DNA of 64,000 nt from Cyanidioschyzon merolae (lineage: Eukaryota). Both the position numbers and the translations under genes were made by a program. The notes beneath the pieces are model-generated. The model made no database searches. It saw nothing but the letters and a program-made list of their open reading frames with translations, and had not been told where the DNA came from. The stretch lies in NCBI GenBank assembly GCA_000091205.1, contig AP006483.2. One strand, given 5' to 3'. Each line of letters opens with the position of its first letter. Within the stretch, counting starts at the first letter, position 1. Shown one piece after another: positions 1 to 11,299 of the stretch.

Positions 1-22
1 CCCCCCATTTCCCCCCATATCC
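1..22. repeat. Telomere-like motif: CCCCCCATT TCCCCCCAT ATCC (reverse complement AATGGGGGG-type)
   Basis: Read directly at window start. The motif matches the AATGGGGGG telomeric repeat I recall for Cyanidioschyzon-type red algae. Only about 2 units are present, followed by T-rich low-complexity DNA to about 1.1 kb. Confidence 0.4.
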
Positions 23-3000
23 TTCAACTCCTACAAGTCGCGATGCTTATTCTTGTCGGGAATTCTTTTAATGACCCATAATCTCGTTGGCGTTTCTTTT
101 TTTCATGGCTTTTTTTGTGGAATTTTTTTTACTAGGCGATTGCGGACTCTCGCTATCCAGTTATTTTGGAGCTGTGATCGATAGGCAACCGTGGTCACTT
201 GGAATCAACGCGAACTTTTGTTTGGATGCGACCCTAACTTTCGTAGCGATGCTGCAAACAAAACTCTAGCTTACTTGCACCTGTGCCCCTTACTATCAAC
301 CAAGTAATTATTTTTTGCAACTCCAGCATGTTTCAGTTCTTCACGATTACCACGCTCGAATTTGTTGGCTTACGTGTTTTTTTATCTCTTGGTTTTTTTT
401 CCTGGCCTCTCTTTGTCAACGACTGGTTATCTAGCCTTTCTTGTACTCCCGTTCGGGGATATGTCTTTGTGCTGATTTTCATCGAGGCGCTACGCATCCT
501 TACCCATGGGCTACGGCTCGTCACTAATTTTTTATCGATTAGGGTGCTGTGAAGCGATTGGTTTCGGTCTGTGTCTTTTTTCTTTTATTGTCATTGCCTG
601 GTGTGAGCCCTGTTTTTATTTCCGGGGCTGCAATGCCAAAGACAGCATTCGGCTTGGACGTTTTGGTTTATCTGTTGGCTTGCACCCAGCACGCTTTGGG
701 GCCCCGCCTGGAGAGCCCAGACTCCTCCGAGCACCCCCATGCTTTACGGGTTTGATGACTTTACCTTCCTATGACAATTCGTTATCTGGAACTGGCGATC
801 TCTTTGTTCGGTGCGTCCGTACACTTTTGTCGTTGCATGTTTTTGCGCCCAACATTTGGTGTTCGCAGCACTAAATATATGCATTTTTCTGTTGCAGATC
901 ATATCAAGCATGTCGTACGTTCCGCGGCGTATATTCAGTATAGAACGTCTTCTCATATTCATCATGGACTCCAACGCATTGCGCTCTCTTTAATGTTTCT
1001 GCGCAACAGTGTACGATTGCAGTGCTCTGCGGAACGATACTGCACTCGCGTGTACTACTTTGTTGTCCATTGGCTGCTATTGGAACTTTTACGTATGTCG
1101 CACTAGTGCAGGTATTGCATCGACTGCCATCGACTCACCGATGATCCATATTGCTTGTGTTCCGCTTTCCACATAATCTCCATCGTAGGCCTCTGGAATC
1201 TGCAAGAGGGACAAACTGTACCACCAGGTATCTTTTGCCTTTCGGGCTTCAGATGCCAATCTCTGGAATAGATATCGAATTCTTCGTGGGCTCCTACTCT
1301 ATTTGAGACTGTATATACTCAATAACATACTCTGTCACCCTTTTCATGGGCAAGATAACGCACACTACCATACCGCTTAGGAAAATGTGTGGCAGCAAAT
1401 ATGAGCGCCCAAATTCACAAATGAACATTCAGTACAGGCGTATACTTTCATTTGCTTGTCATGAAAGCCTTCATCACCATCGATGGATCTGCCTCCCTGG
1501 CCGCCGTTTCTCGAGAATCCGGAATCTTTGCTCTGATTCCGGTATCCTCTTCCAGAGATATCTCCATCTCTGCTGTCGAACTGGATCATCACCAGAACCT
1601 CCTTTACATCGCCAGACTGCAAGCTGCTATCCAAGTTTTTTCGTTTATGCTCGATGCCAGGCTGCTATCGCTGCACAAGATGCCTGATCATGCATTTTCA
1701 AGTGGCTACCGCTATCGATCCAACATCACCATTCCAACCATCATGAAGCAGACAGACAAGCTCTTTTGACCACTTTCAATATGCCAAGTCTATTGACTAT
1801 GACAAACTACTGCATTAGCGATCCATTCACCTCATCTGCAAGCACCTACTTCATGGCCGCCACGAATGAAGCGTAAATTTGCTGTTCCGCCCGTCCACGG
1901 CTGGTACTATCTTTCGGCTATCATCATGACACCCGCGGTATCCTTTCTGCCTAGGGTTGCATCTAAGTTCCGTCGCACCGGTGCTCGCAAGCGTGCCAGA
2001 GCCCAACGCACGCCATCCCTTGCGACGCATACTACCCGAAGAAATCAACTCTTGCACCGTCTACAACGAAGAGCCCCGATCACGCCGGCTATTCTTGCCT
2101 TCCGTCTACACTCAAAGCGATCCTGGTCGGCACTGCAGGGTCTCGCTAGTTCAGGTCAGCATCCAGGTTGGCGTCGCTTATTAAGATCATGTCTGCGAAA
2201 AGCACCTCAATCCTTTACACTATTAGTCGATAGCCCCCGCTAAGATATAGCTGCGATGTCCATCACATGACGAAGACTTCGGCAACTATGGAAATCGTGA
2301 AGCTTGAGATCTTTTTTATTCGTTACATCTTATTGTGCATCTCGGTTTTTTTCTTAACCGAAGGACAAGTGTCCATTCATCAGCAGTAGATTCAATCATA
2401 GGGTATCTCGCAACGAACTTGCACATAATCGATAGGTACGGTTACAGAAAGAAAGCTCTCAGGTTGCCTTCAATTCTAGTCGCCGTGCTGCGGTAACTTT
2501 CACTTTGGCTAGATTCGCCCCCTGGATCTCGCTGTGCGCTCTATCTTGCCTCTACGCTTTAGCACGCTTGCGGCATGTCCATGGTCTTACAGCGTACTTG
2601 CGCCCTCTGCTTGGAGTCATTTTCTCGACAACAAGCCCAAATCCGGGACTGCATCCCAACAGTGCGCTACAGTCGATTTTGTACACTTTTTGTCCAACAG
2701 ACAGCAGGTAAGAGTCTCAGAACTTCTGAGACGACCCTTCCGCATTTGGAGCAGGCAACATGCGCTTTCGATGCTAGAGCTGTACGTGCGCTGTGAGGCT
2801 GGTAGCTCTGCGACTTTCTTACTCAGCGACGCTGCTGCAGATGAAATGGATTCAGTGATATATACGCTTACCCTAGGAATACCGTATTCTGGTGAAATGT
2901 TCAGTTGCACGGATAGAATTGCACTTGCTCTGGAACTACTATTCGTGGGCAGAATCCATGCTAGTACACCAATCCTACAATGATTACATCCCTTTGCGTC

Positions 3001-3240
3001 GTCGCAGCAAAACTCACTAGTCGCTACCTGTGCACCGGGTTTCCAGGGCAACGAAGGCAAAGGTTTGCAACCCACCGACGTCGCCGTAAAAGCAATATTC
3101 ATAGGCACGCTCGTGCTCATAGGAAATCATTCCTCTACGTTCCGAGAGAGATTCCCAGTCCAGTCGTTCCATGTGTATCGCCTCTGAATCACGGCCCATG
3201 GGCAAGATTTCAGAGTGCTCTCCGCGCACATCTGTAGCCG

Positions 3241-3275
3241 CATTCATTCATTCGTTCGTTCGTTCATTCATTCGT
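3241..3275. repeat. (CATT/CGTT)n microsatellite
   Basis: cattcattcattcgttcgttcgttcattcattcg. Confidence 0.9.
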
Positions 3276-3374
3276 ATTCACCGATCTTGTGTACATGTCT
3301 GCAACATTGTCATAACAGAGGATCAGCATAGACATGATATAGACCTTAAACGACGTAAACGTCAACGCGCATAC

Positions 3375-6125
3375 TCAAGCAGAAACTGAAGCTGAACCCG
3401 AAACCGATGTTGACGCACTCGCAGACACCGCCGCAGAAGCTGTCGCAGACACCGTCGCAGAGGGTGTCGCTGTCGCAGCCACGGGACTCGGAGTCGGTGT
3501 TGAACTAATCACGACACACTGGTTGTTGATGCACTCCTCGTCAGCGCGGCAGCAACGCATCTTGTTCACAAGGTTATCCGAAGGGATCAGGTACGTCCCG
3601 CATTGCTTCGTAGGGTCCTTGCACACACAAAATGACGGCAGCAGCACCTGTTGTTGTTGCTGCTGTTGTTGCAATTGTTGCTGCTGTTGCAGGTTATTGT
3701 TGTTGCTGAACGGGATGTACGTGCAGTTCTGCGTCTCGGCGTCGCAGCACTCGGGGCCGCATACAGTATAGCTCGAGTTCGATACGTTGCTAGTGGTGCC
3801 GCTCAGCGAGTTCGACACAAACCCGTAGGTCTGGCACACGTACTCGGTAACCGGCTGGAAGCACTCGTTGCCGAGCCCCAGGCAGCAACCCGCCTCCAGA
3901 CACTGCTGCGGCGCGTAGCTCGTGCGCTGCGTCCCGTGCTGCTCTCCGTACAGGAGCGTGTTCAGCAGACGCACAAACTGGTTGTTGTTGATGTTATTGT
4001 TCAGCTGCTGGTTCTGATTCACCGCGTTCGTGCACGGCTGGCGCTCAAACTCACCCACCGCGCACGTCTTCTCGGGCTGGAAGCAGTACGGGTTCGACGC
4101 AAAGTCGCTCTGCTGCTTGCCGTTCTGCACCCACTGGTTCTGCGCCTGCGAGTCGTAGCAGCAGCCCTGGGCATAGCACGTAAACTGGTTGATACCCGCG
4201 TTACCACACGGCTGGCGCTGCGCTCCCGGTGATGGGCAGACGGGCACCGGTGCCTGCACCTCCTGCAGCGCTACAGAAGCCTGCGGTGCATGGTTGATGT
4301 CGTAGTAGCACCAGGGCGCGAGGATACCGTTCGCTGTGGGCTGCCAGCAGCATCCCGGTATCGCAGTGCACTCGTCAGGGTAGATATAGCTCCAGCCGCA
4401 GGGGACGCGCTGCGTCACTGGAACAGCGCTGCACGCCGCTGAGACGCTCTTCAGGGTGCACGCGTTGGTCTGGGCGTTGAAGCAGCACCCGACTTGCTCG
4501 CATGCGTCCTGGTTGATGTACTGTCCCGGGGAACCGCAGATCTCATTGGTGCACACCGGAGTAGATGTAGGCGTTGGCGTCAGTGTGAACGTCGAGGTCA
4601 CGGTTGCTGTTATCGTAGATGTAGCCGTAGATGAAGCGGTTACCGAGGATGTTGGGGTCGATGTCGGAGTTGGCGTTGATGTTGGCGTAGGCGTAGGGGT
4701 AGGCGTAAAGAACGTTTCACTCAGTGCGAAAACATCATTGAGATAGCCAATGCTAGTGTTTGAGTAACCCAATCCGCCAAATAGGATCGGATCTGTTCCA
4801 CTGGTGTTCCAGAAAGCTGGTCCTGCTCGACCGCCAGGTACAACACTCGAGCCGGACTCGTTCAAAACTCCATATACTGCTAAAGAATCAACCGCTGAGC
4901 TTCCATTGATCCACGCCCACTGACCAAGTGTGATATCAAATACCCAAAGATCGTTCAAAAAGCCAAAGGATGCGCTCGTATTGGCGACTCCCTCACCGCC
5001 AAACAGCTGTAGATTACCCAAAGGATCCACAAAACTCACGCCTGAGTCTCTTGCACTAGGGTAACTGGTTGGGGAGAAAGCACCGAGAGTTCCATATGAT
5101 CCTGGATTATTAATAGTGGTATTCCCTGTGATAAAAATCCATACGGATTGGCTTATATTGTAGACCCAGAGATCATTCAAGTCCCCTTGCCCTAGTGCTG
5201 TGCTGTTTCCGTAGCCATAGCCACCGAACAACCAGAGATTTCCTTCAAAATCTGTCCACGTATGCGAGAAGCCGCGCGCACCTGGAGCATTTGAGTTGCT
5301 CGCCACGCCAGGTGCACTATAGTTACCAGGCTGGTTAGCAAGTTGTGATCCGCCTCTGTATGCCCATTCGAATGTACCAGGGTTGAATGACCAGAGATCT
5401 GACAAATAATCCAGCTCATTATTTCTCTCACCACCAAACAACCAAAAAAGACCATCCGCGCCCCGCCAGAATGCCGCGCTATCTCGGCCTCCGGGATTGT
5501 AAGAGGGAAGGGAGACGTCTTTCGGCCCGTAAACGGGAGGAGCATCTGTTGTTTCGCTCCCGCTCACCCAGGTCCAGAATCCGCTCTCAGTATCGTATAG
5601 CCACATGTCGTTAAGCGCACCGAAGCTCGAATTCACATCGTAACCGTCGCCACCAAACAACCAGAAATGCTGCTCGTCCGCCTGCCAATATGCGCTTGCA
5701 TAACGACTGCCAGGTATATTGGCTGGGCTGCTTATGCCGAGTGTGCCATATACTCCTGGTTGGCCGGCTTCTGCGGAACCTCCTATCCACGTCCACTCGA
5801 GCGAGGTCAGGTTGAAGCTCCAAAAATCGTTGAGGTAGCTCTCTGATGTATTTCCAATCCCAAAGCCACCGAACATATACACCAAACTCGAACTTCCGAC
5901 CCAGGCTGCTGAAATTTGACGTCCACCAGGAACACTCTCTGGAGACGTCTGGTCCAACGATCCATACTTGCCAGAGTTATCTGTACCCGTCTCTCCACCT
6001 ATCCAGGTCCAGCTAACCGTACTCACAGGCGACAACGCAGCTACAAGCGACACGGAAAACGTCGCCGCCAACAATAGACAAACAGCTACTCCCAGGGCAC
6101 GTACCAGAGAGCGAGCACGAAACAT
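3375..6125 (-). CDS. Secreted Kelch-repeat (galactose-oxidase-type beta-propeller) / Thr-Pro linker / 4x Cys-rich trefoil-like module / polyQ mosaic protein
   Basis: 916-aa ORF. N-terminal hydrophobic signal (MFRARSLVRALGVAVCLLLAATFSVSLVAALS). At least 6 Kelch-like blades with recurring W(L/M)FGG...GxRxxxAxW motifs. A TPTPTPTPTSTPTPTSTPT linker. Four modules with C..C..GCC[FWY]..C spacing (e.g. PCGWSYIYPDECTAIPGCCWQP). A QQQQQLQQQQQQQQ / NNNINNN tract. A Ser/Ala/Thr-rich C-terminus. Confidence 0.7.
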   Translation of the reverse strand: MFRARSLVRALGVAVCLLLAATFSVSLVAALSPVSTVSWTWIGGETGTDNSGKYGSLDQTSPESVPGGRQISAAWVGSSSLVYMFGGFGIGNTSESYLNDFWSFNLTSLEWTWIGGSAEAGQPGVYGTLGISSPANIPGSRYASAYWQADEQHFWLFGGDGYDVNSSFGALNDMWLYDTESGFWTWVSGSETTDAPPVYGPKDVSLPSYNPGGRDSAAFWRGADGLFWLFGGERNNELDYLSDLWSFNPGTFEWAYRGGSQLANQPGNYSAPGVASNSNAPGARGFSHTWTDFEGNLWLFGGYGYGNSTALGQGDLNDLWVYNISQSVWIFITGNTTINNPGSYGTLGAFSPTSYPSARDSGVSFVDPLGNLQLFGGEGVANTSASFGFLNDLWVFDITLGQWAWINGSSAVDSLAVYGVLNESGSSVVPGGRAGPAFWNTSGTDPILFGGLGYSNTSIGYLNDVFALSETFFTPTPTPTPTSTPTPTSTPTSSVTASSTATSTITATVTSTFTLTPTPTSTPVCTNEICGSPGQYINQDACEQVGCCFNAQTNACTLKSVSAACSAVPVTQRVPCGWSYIYPDECTAIPGCCWQPTANGILAPWCYYDINHAPQASVALQEVQAPVPVCPSPGAQRQPCGNAGINQFTCYAQGCCYDSQAQNQWVQNGKQQSDFASNPYCFQPEKTCAVGEFERQPCTNAVNQNQQLNNNINNNQFVRLLNTLLYGEQHGTQRTSYAPQQCLEAGCCLGLGNECFQPVTEYVCQTYGFVSNSLSGTTSNVSNSSYTVCGPECCDAETQNCTYIPFSNNNNLQQQQQLQQQQQQQQVLLPSFCVCKDPTKQCGTYLIPSDNLVNKMRCCRADEECINNQCVVISSTPTPSPVAATATPSATVSATASAAVSASASTSVSGSASVSA
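3648..3715. repeat. (TGY)n / CAG-type coding microsatellite inside Kelch gene (polyQ)
   Basis: tgttgttgttgctgctgttgttgcaattgttgctgctgttgcagg. Confidence 0.9.
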
Positions 6126-8914
6126 CTCGTTCGACGCTCTCTCAGTCCAATAAATACGGATATTTGTTCTTTCTCGAGTGAATATATCTTCACTATTGTT
6201 TTTTCGTTATGGCCAACACGAACGTAACCGCCGTGTGTTGTGAAAGCCAGAACAACAACGCACAACGTGATAGCGCCAAAAACGCGAAACGCGCGCGCGC
6301 ACTGCAGAGGAATTTGAATTGGGGTCATCATGATGCGATGAAGAATTCACGTTGATGTCGAGACTGGAGCGTAACGGACGTAGGGAATTCGGGGTACATA
6401 GTCCGAAATATCCAAGTTGAAAGAGGTACTAAAAACTATATATGGGCTAGTGGGATTTCATTCGAATGAGTAACTCCCGAGTACTGCTCCTTCCAGGTGC
6501 GAGTCAGCAGGGTTCTGCAGGTCACGGCTCTGGGTAAGAAGGATAGCGAATAACGAACTATCGGTTGCTGAGGTTCGTCTTCCACCTGAAAGGCAGATGA
6601 ATCTCTAAGGCGTATTTTCTATTTTATATTTTAGGGAGACGATTGTAGTGGAAGTATTCGGTGTTAGATTTATTGTGTTGCAGTCCTGTTCTCGTGGTGA
6701 CAGCCAAGCTGAGTAGTTGGGAGGTTTATGTAGGTCTGTACCATTGGTATTTGTCTTAGATAAGAAACATTAACTAGTGAGCTCCAATATTTCTATTGCG
6801 AGGAATACTAAACAATATTGCTCGCGAGGAATGTGGTCTCTGATTCGGGACCCTCCCTCGTTGCTCGAAAACACCCGCACATGTCCGTACCCATGCTTCA
6901 GCTATCAACCCACGAAGTGGGAACTCGTAAGTCACTTTTTCATCTAACCTTATTCGGCGTAAGCTTTGAGCATGTATTTCAACTGCCGCTGGCAAGCCTT
7001 GCATCACCATGCATTTGCAGGGCTGGCGCAGACCAATGATCCGCGTAGAATACTTTCACAATCGGAGACTTCCTCACGTTTCACCCAATTTACCGAAAAA
7101 TCCTCCGTGGAGTGTATTTTTACATCCCCGCCCCGGAAAGAGAGCTCTGTTGCTGCAGATGACACTATCTACATGAATGTCGGCCTCGATCCGTAACCCG
7201 CCAAGGGCGTCATGACACCAATGAATATCCATGCTCGCATTTCGGAGTGGGAACTTGTTGAACTTTGAAAATGCTCTAGTCTGAATTGGTCTTTTGGCAG
7301 CAGCCAAGATAATGGTCCAACGTCTGGGGGCTCGAGAACTGAAATCAGATCATGTTTGCCTGCTTGATCAGAGTCGCTGAATGTGTAGCTGCTTTTTCAA
7401 GACGGTGCCTAGCATCATGAACAATTGTATTCCCAGAGGCGTCGTTCCGTAACTGTTTAGTTGAGTAGCGGGCAATTTATAAGTACCATATACACCTTTG
7501 GCGATCCGACAGTCTTCCCAGCAGGATCCACGAAAATCTCGGCATAGTTATCGAGCAAACAGCGAGAGTTGGCGACCAAGTCTACGGACAAATTCTGTCT
7601 CGAACTTCAACCGTGCTCAGGCAATGATGCCAGCACCTGTTTCGCAATGTGCTTTTCTTACAGCACATTGCCCAGTACATATCCTTTTTTCTTGAACGCT
7701 CTACCCAGACATATTGCCCTGGATTCCTTGTTCTCTTTTGTCCAATGATTCTCGGGAGGCACGATCACCGGCTCTGTCAGTGAGCGGAGCCATGATCCAT
7801 TCCTTGGGCCTCTCGCATTGTTCAGTGTTCGATGGCTCGCTGCTACGGCTTCATCGGAGTTTATTTGGATTTTCTCGCATGCGAAGGCGCGTTCTGGAGT
7901 TTAGAGCTTCTTCATGCTACGATCTAGCTTCTGAAATATTTTTCGCAATCTAACCTGCGGGCTGCTTGCGTGGTTCAGCTGCTTACCCTACAGTATCCAA
8001 AGAAAACAGAAAACAGAAGCTAAATACATGCTCGCAACTAGATATTCGCAATTTATCCCCCAGAGTAGAAGTTGAAAGCCGAAATCAACCTTCAATTTGA
8101 CGATTCGCCTTCTTGGCAGAATCTACCTCGAAAGGGTAAAATCTGTGGAGATGGTACATCCCGTTTCCTCGCCGTAGTGGCGGTGTTCAAACACGACCCA
8201 CGTTGCTCCTCTTCGGCACCGCTTTCCCAGTACACACGGGGAAGGCTGTGTTGGTCAGCACCGTGCCGTAGTAGTCTAGCTTCTTCTAGCCCGCCACTCG
8301 ATGGCTGTCGCTCGGCTGTCGCAGACTAATGACATGTCCTAGCGCACTGCCCGGAAGGTACGACCCACTAATATAACATGAGAGACCGCTCTGCAACTCG
8401 TAGAATCCATTCAAATTCGGAAGAGGGCACTCGTAGCATCCCCTGTACCCAGGCAGCTCCTAGGGACCAGGGAAATCCTGATTCCATGCATCTGTCTCAC
8501 GGCCGGAGCAAAAGAATCGGATGCATTTCATATTCACTACCAGGTCCCACGATGAGATTCAACAATAAATGTCCCTAATTCTGAACGCTTTCGCGTACAC
8601 TCCAGAGCGGATACGCTATATGCAGTGGCCGCACATATGCTCTACACTCACGGACGACCGATTTTAGCATACTCTGGCGCATTCGATGCGAAGTAGGTCA
8701 TAGCTATAGCTACATTAATCACTATTGCAGTACGCTTCATGACTCGCGGAGCGATTTTGGTTCACCACGTCAGGAGGAGTGCCCTCTCACCCGATCACTA
8801 TCCGAGTATGACTGTGGCATGCCGTCTCATCCGTACGCTGTTGCTCCCACATCCGCCCTTGACGCAGCGCTCTGCGCTCCGAAGCCCGCATCTCATTTTC
8901 ATCACTAACAAACC

Positions 8915-9973
8915 TTAGACAGGGGCCAAGTAATTCGACTTGAGGCTTCGCCGCCGCAACGCCTGGTCGATCAGATCAAGACTCAGTTCGTAAAGCTGAT
9001 CTGCCTTGTCGATTTCGTATGTTGGTTCAATAACCTGCGGTTTCGTCTTCTCTCGACCTTCCGTATACTTGCCACGCCACTGATAATACGAGCCCGAGTC
9101 CGAGAACTGTCCCTGGGTCGCCACTTCGGCTACGCGGCGGCCGGCCTCATCATTCGGAACGTATTGCCGAGTGATGTACTTCTGAAGAATCGGGAAGAAT
9201 ACGTAGCGGAACCAGCCACGCTTTTCGCGGAAGAGGTTGCTGTCGGCGACACATCCCGGAAAAATCGCCACAGAGGTCACCCCGTCGCGGCCGTATCGAT
9301 CACTAAGCGCCTTCATTGTCAACACGTTCGCGGCTTTGGCGTCTTTGTAGGCTTTTGTGGGCTCAAACGGGCCACTGTCCACCATGCCCGTCGTCTGCGG
9401 ACCAAGCCCCGCGGCTAGACCAGACAAATCACCGAGACGAGCCTGCGGGGGGATCTTTCCCGGCAACGAATTCGGCGAATGGGTCTGAGTCGTCAGAAAC
9501 ACAATGCGCCCGCGCGATATTTTCAGCTTCGGCAACAGCTCCCGACATAGAAGCAAATGGCTCAGATGGCATACCTGCATGGTTTTCTCGATGCCGTCCA
9601 CCGTGAAACGCGGTTTCTTGTCCCGCGGATGCCATATTGCGGCATTGCAGATCAGGGCATCCAGGTGATCGACGCGCGCCACACTCGATAGCGCTCTCAC
9701 AAACTTCAACACAGAGGCGAAATCAGCCAGATCACAATGCAGCACTGTATAGGCGTCCTTTGGAAGGTTTACGCTGTTTGCTGCGCGCTCCGCCCGGTCG
9801 ACGTCACGACATGCCATGACGATGTGCCAGTTGCCCTTGTTGATCAGAGCGCGAGCTGCATACAGACCAACTCCAGAGCACGCGCCTGTGATCACGGCGA
9901 TCTGCGACTGTTTCGGGCCCATACGAAGATGCAGCATACGATGCCGGCGCGCTACAGGCGAACGCTGCACCAC
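8915..9973 (-). CDS. Light-dependent protochlorophyllide oxidoreductase-like short-chain dehydrogenase (POR family)
   Basis: 352 aa. VITGACSGVGLYAARAL (Rossmann TGxxxGxG). NKGNWHIVMACRDVDRAERAANSV...KDAYTVLHCDLADFASV closely parallels the POR consensus GKWHVIMACRD...KDSYTVMHLDLASLDSV. YKDAKAANVLTMKAL (catalytic YxxxK). The C-terminal FPGCVADSNLFREKRGWFRYVFFPILQKYITRQYVPNDEAGRRVAEV block also matches the POR consensus. Confidence 0.8.
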   Translation of the reverse strand: MVQRSPVARRHRMLHLRMGPKQSQIAVITGACSGVGLYAARALINKGNWHIVMACRDVDRAERAANSVNLPKDAYTVLHCDLADFASVLKFVRALSSVARVDHLDALICNAAIWHPRDKKPRFTVDGIEKTMQVCHLSHLLLCRELLPKLKISRGRIVFLTTQTHSPNSLPGKIPPQARLGDLSGLAAGLGPQTTGMVDSGPFEPTKAYKDAKAANVLTMKALSDRYGRDGVTSVAIFPGCVADSNLFREKRGWFRYVFFPILQKYITRQYVPNDEAGRRVAEVATQGQFSDSGSYYQWRGKYTEGREKTKPQVIEPTYEIDKADQLYELSLDLIDQALRRRSLKSNYLAPV

Positions 9974-11299
9974 CTAGGGCAGCGGATGCTGACAGTGGTG
10001 ACGGTATCGAGCTGCGAAGCACCCGTCACGTGCGGTACGCCGCGGGAACCGTGCACGAGTTGCAGCGCGCGCGCGCGAAAAATGTGTCTTTCCTAGTACA
10101 GCGGAACAGAAACGAAAAGAGCTTGCATTTTCTTGGGATAGATTCTCTCCGATGCGGAAGCTGTCGATCGTTTCAACAACAAGAAACGTTCGCTTAAGTA
10201 TGCGTATCCAGTCAAAAACCTCTTTTGCGTAGCGGCACGAGTGATCGCCCGTCAATTGCCCAGAGTCCGAGCTAAATCTCCCGTAGATTGTCTAGCGTTC
10301 AGCGCAACTAGCACAAGCGCTCAATGCCTTTTCAGAAACTAGGCAGAACTCCGACCATTTCGAACAACAACTTCACCAGTACGTAGTGCCAAGGGTTCCG
10401 CAGTGCGGCGCTCAGAGATCACAACGATCGTAAATGGACTTCACCACAGCTCTCCGACGAATACCGTAGAGGAGGCATAAGGAAATTTCCTACGGTGCTC
10501 TGTATTTTTTGCAAACGTCTGCACGTCAGTTGGAGACTTCATGTCTAGGGCAGGTCATTCGGCATTATTGTACACCGCGGGCGGCAGCGTTTTTTTCAAA
10601 GGCATTCGTTGTTCGCTTTGTCGCTTCCGGGCTCGATGTTCGGGTTAGGCTCTTGAAACTAATCTTATAGAGTAGATCAGAATACAGTATGTGCTTTTGG
10701 CGGATGCCTCGGTCAAACGGAATGCTAAGTATAGACACTCTATGTATGCGATGCCTCTACCAAGATCACCGGATCCGGGAGAGTAGCAAGCACCATAACT
10801 TGGACAATGACGATAGCATGCAAATGGCTTGAACTGCCATCAGTACCAGCCTATGACGCAGGATCGAAGCACAATTCAGGTCAGTTCCTCATTGCAGCGT
10901 CCGTGCGGCATGCATAACAAGCATCACGAACAAACGTATATACGAGTTCAGGAACACTAACGTACCTTGTGTGGTTACGATCAATAAAACGAACGAAATC
11001 CCTAACGAGAAGATTGATGCATACCTCATCCAGACAACCGTAAGCCGCAGAGAACGCTACGCTTTTGATAGAAGCGTCGAGGGGTTTCGTGCCAGGCCCA
11101 ACAGCTCCATGTATGTCAGGGCGGTGCTGCGATGGGCAGTTGCGTCGGCACCAGCGACATAACCTCTAGCAAGAGACTGCTCTACGTGAGTTTCCGATCT
11201 ACGACACTTGACTTCCGCTGCAGCGCGATGCGAACACGCATGTGCCAAGGCGGTGCGTGGGACACGTGTCTTTCATCAATCGGGGAGGCGTCTCGCGCG

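Noticed and set aside
1866-2243. 125-aa Arg-rich ORF and neighbours in 1.3-3.3 kb
   Set aside because: No motifs, and the basic low-complexity composition gives no support for a gene. It sits next to the T-rich putative subtelomeric block.
3651-4232. 193-aa + strand ORF (Leu/Arg/Val-rich) and other antisense ORFs inside the Kelch gene, Tsr1 (42378-42989 +), DnaJ (58078-58668 +), Brf1 (54406-54855 -), carrier (14613-15107 -)
   Set aside because: These are shadow ORFs on the opposite strand of well-supported GC-rich genes. Their compositions are typical of antisense translation.
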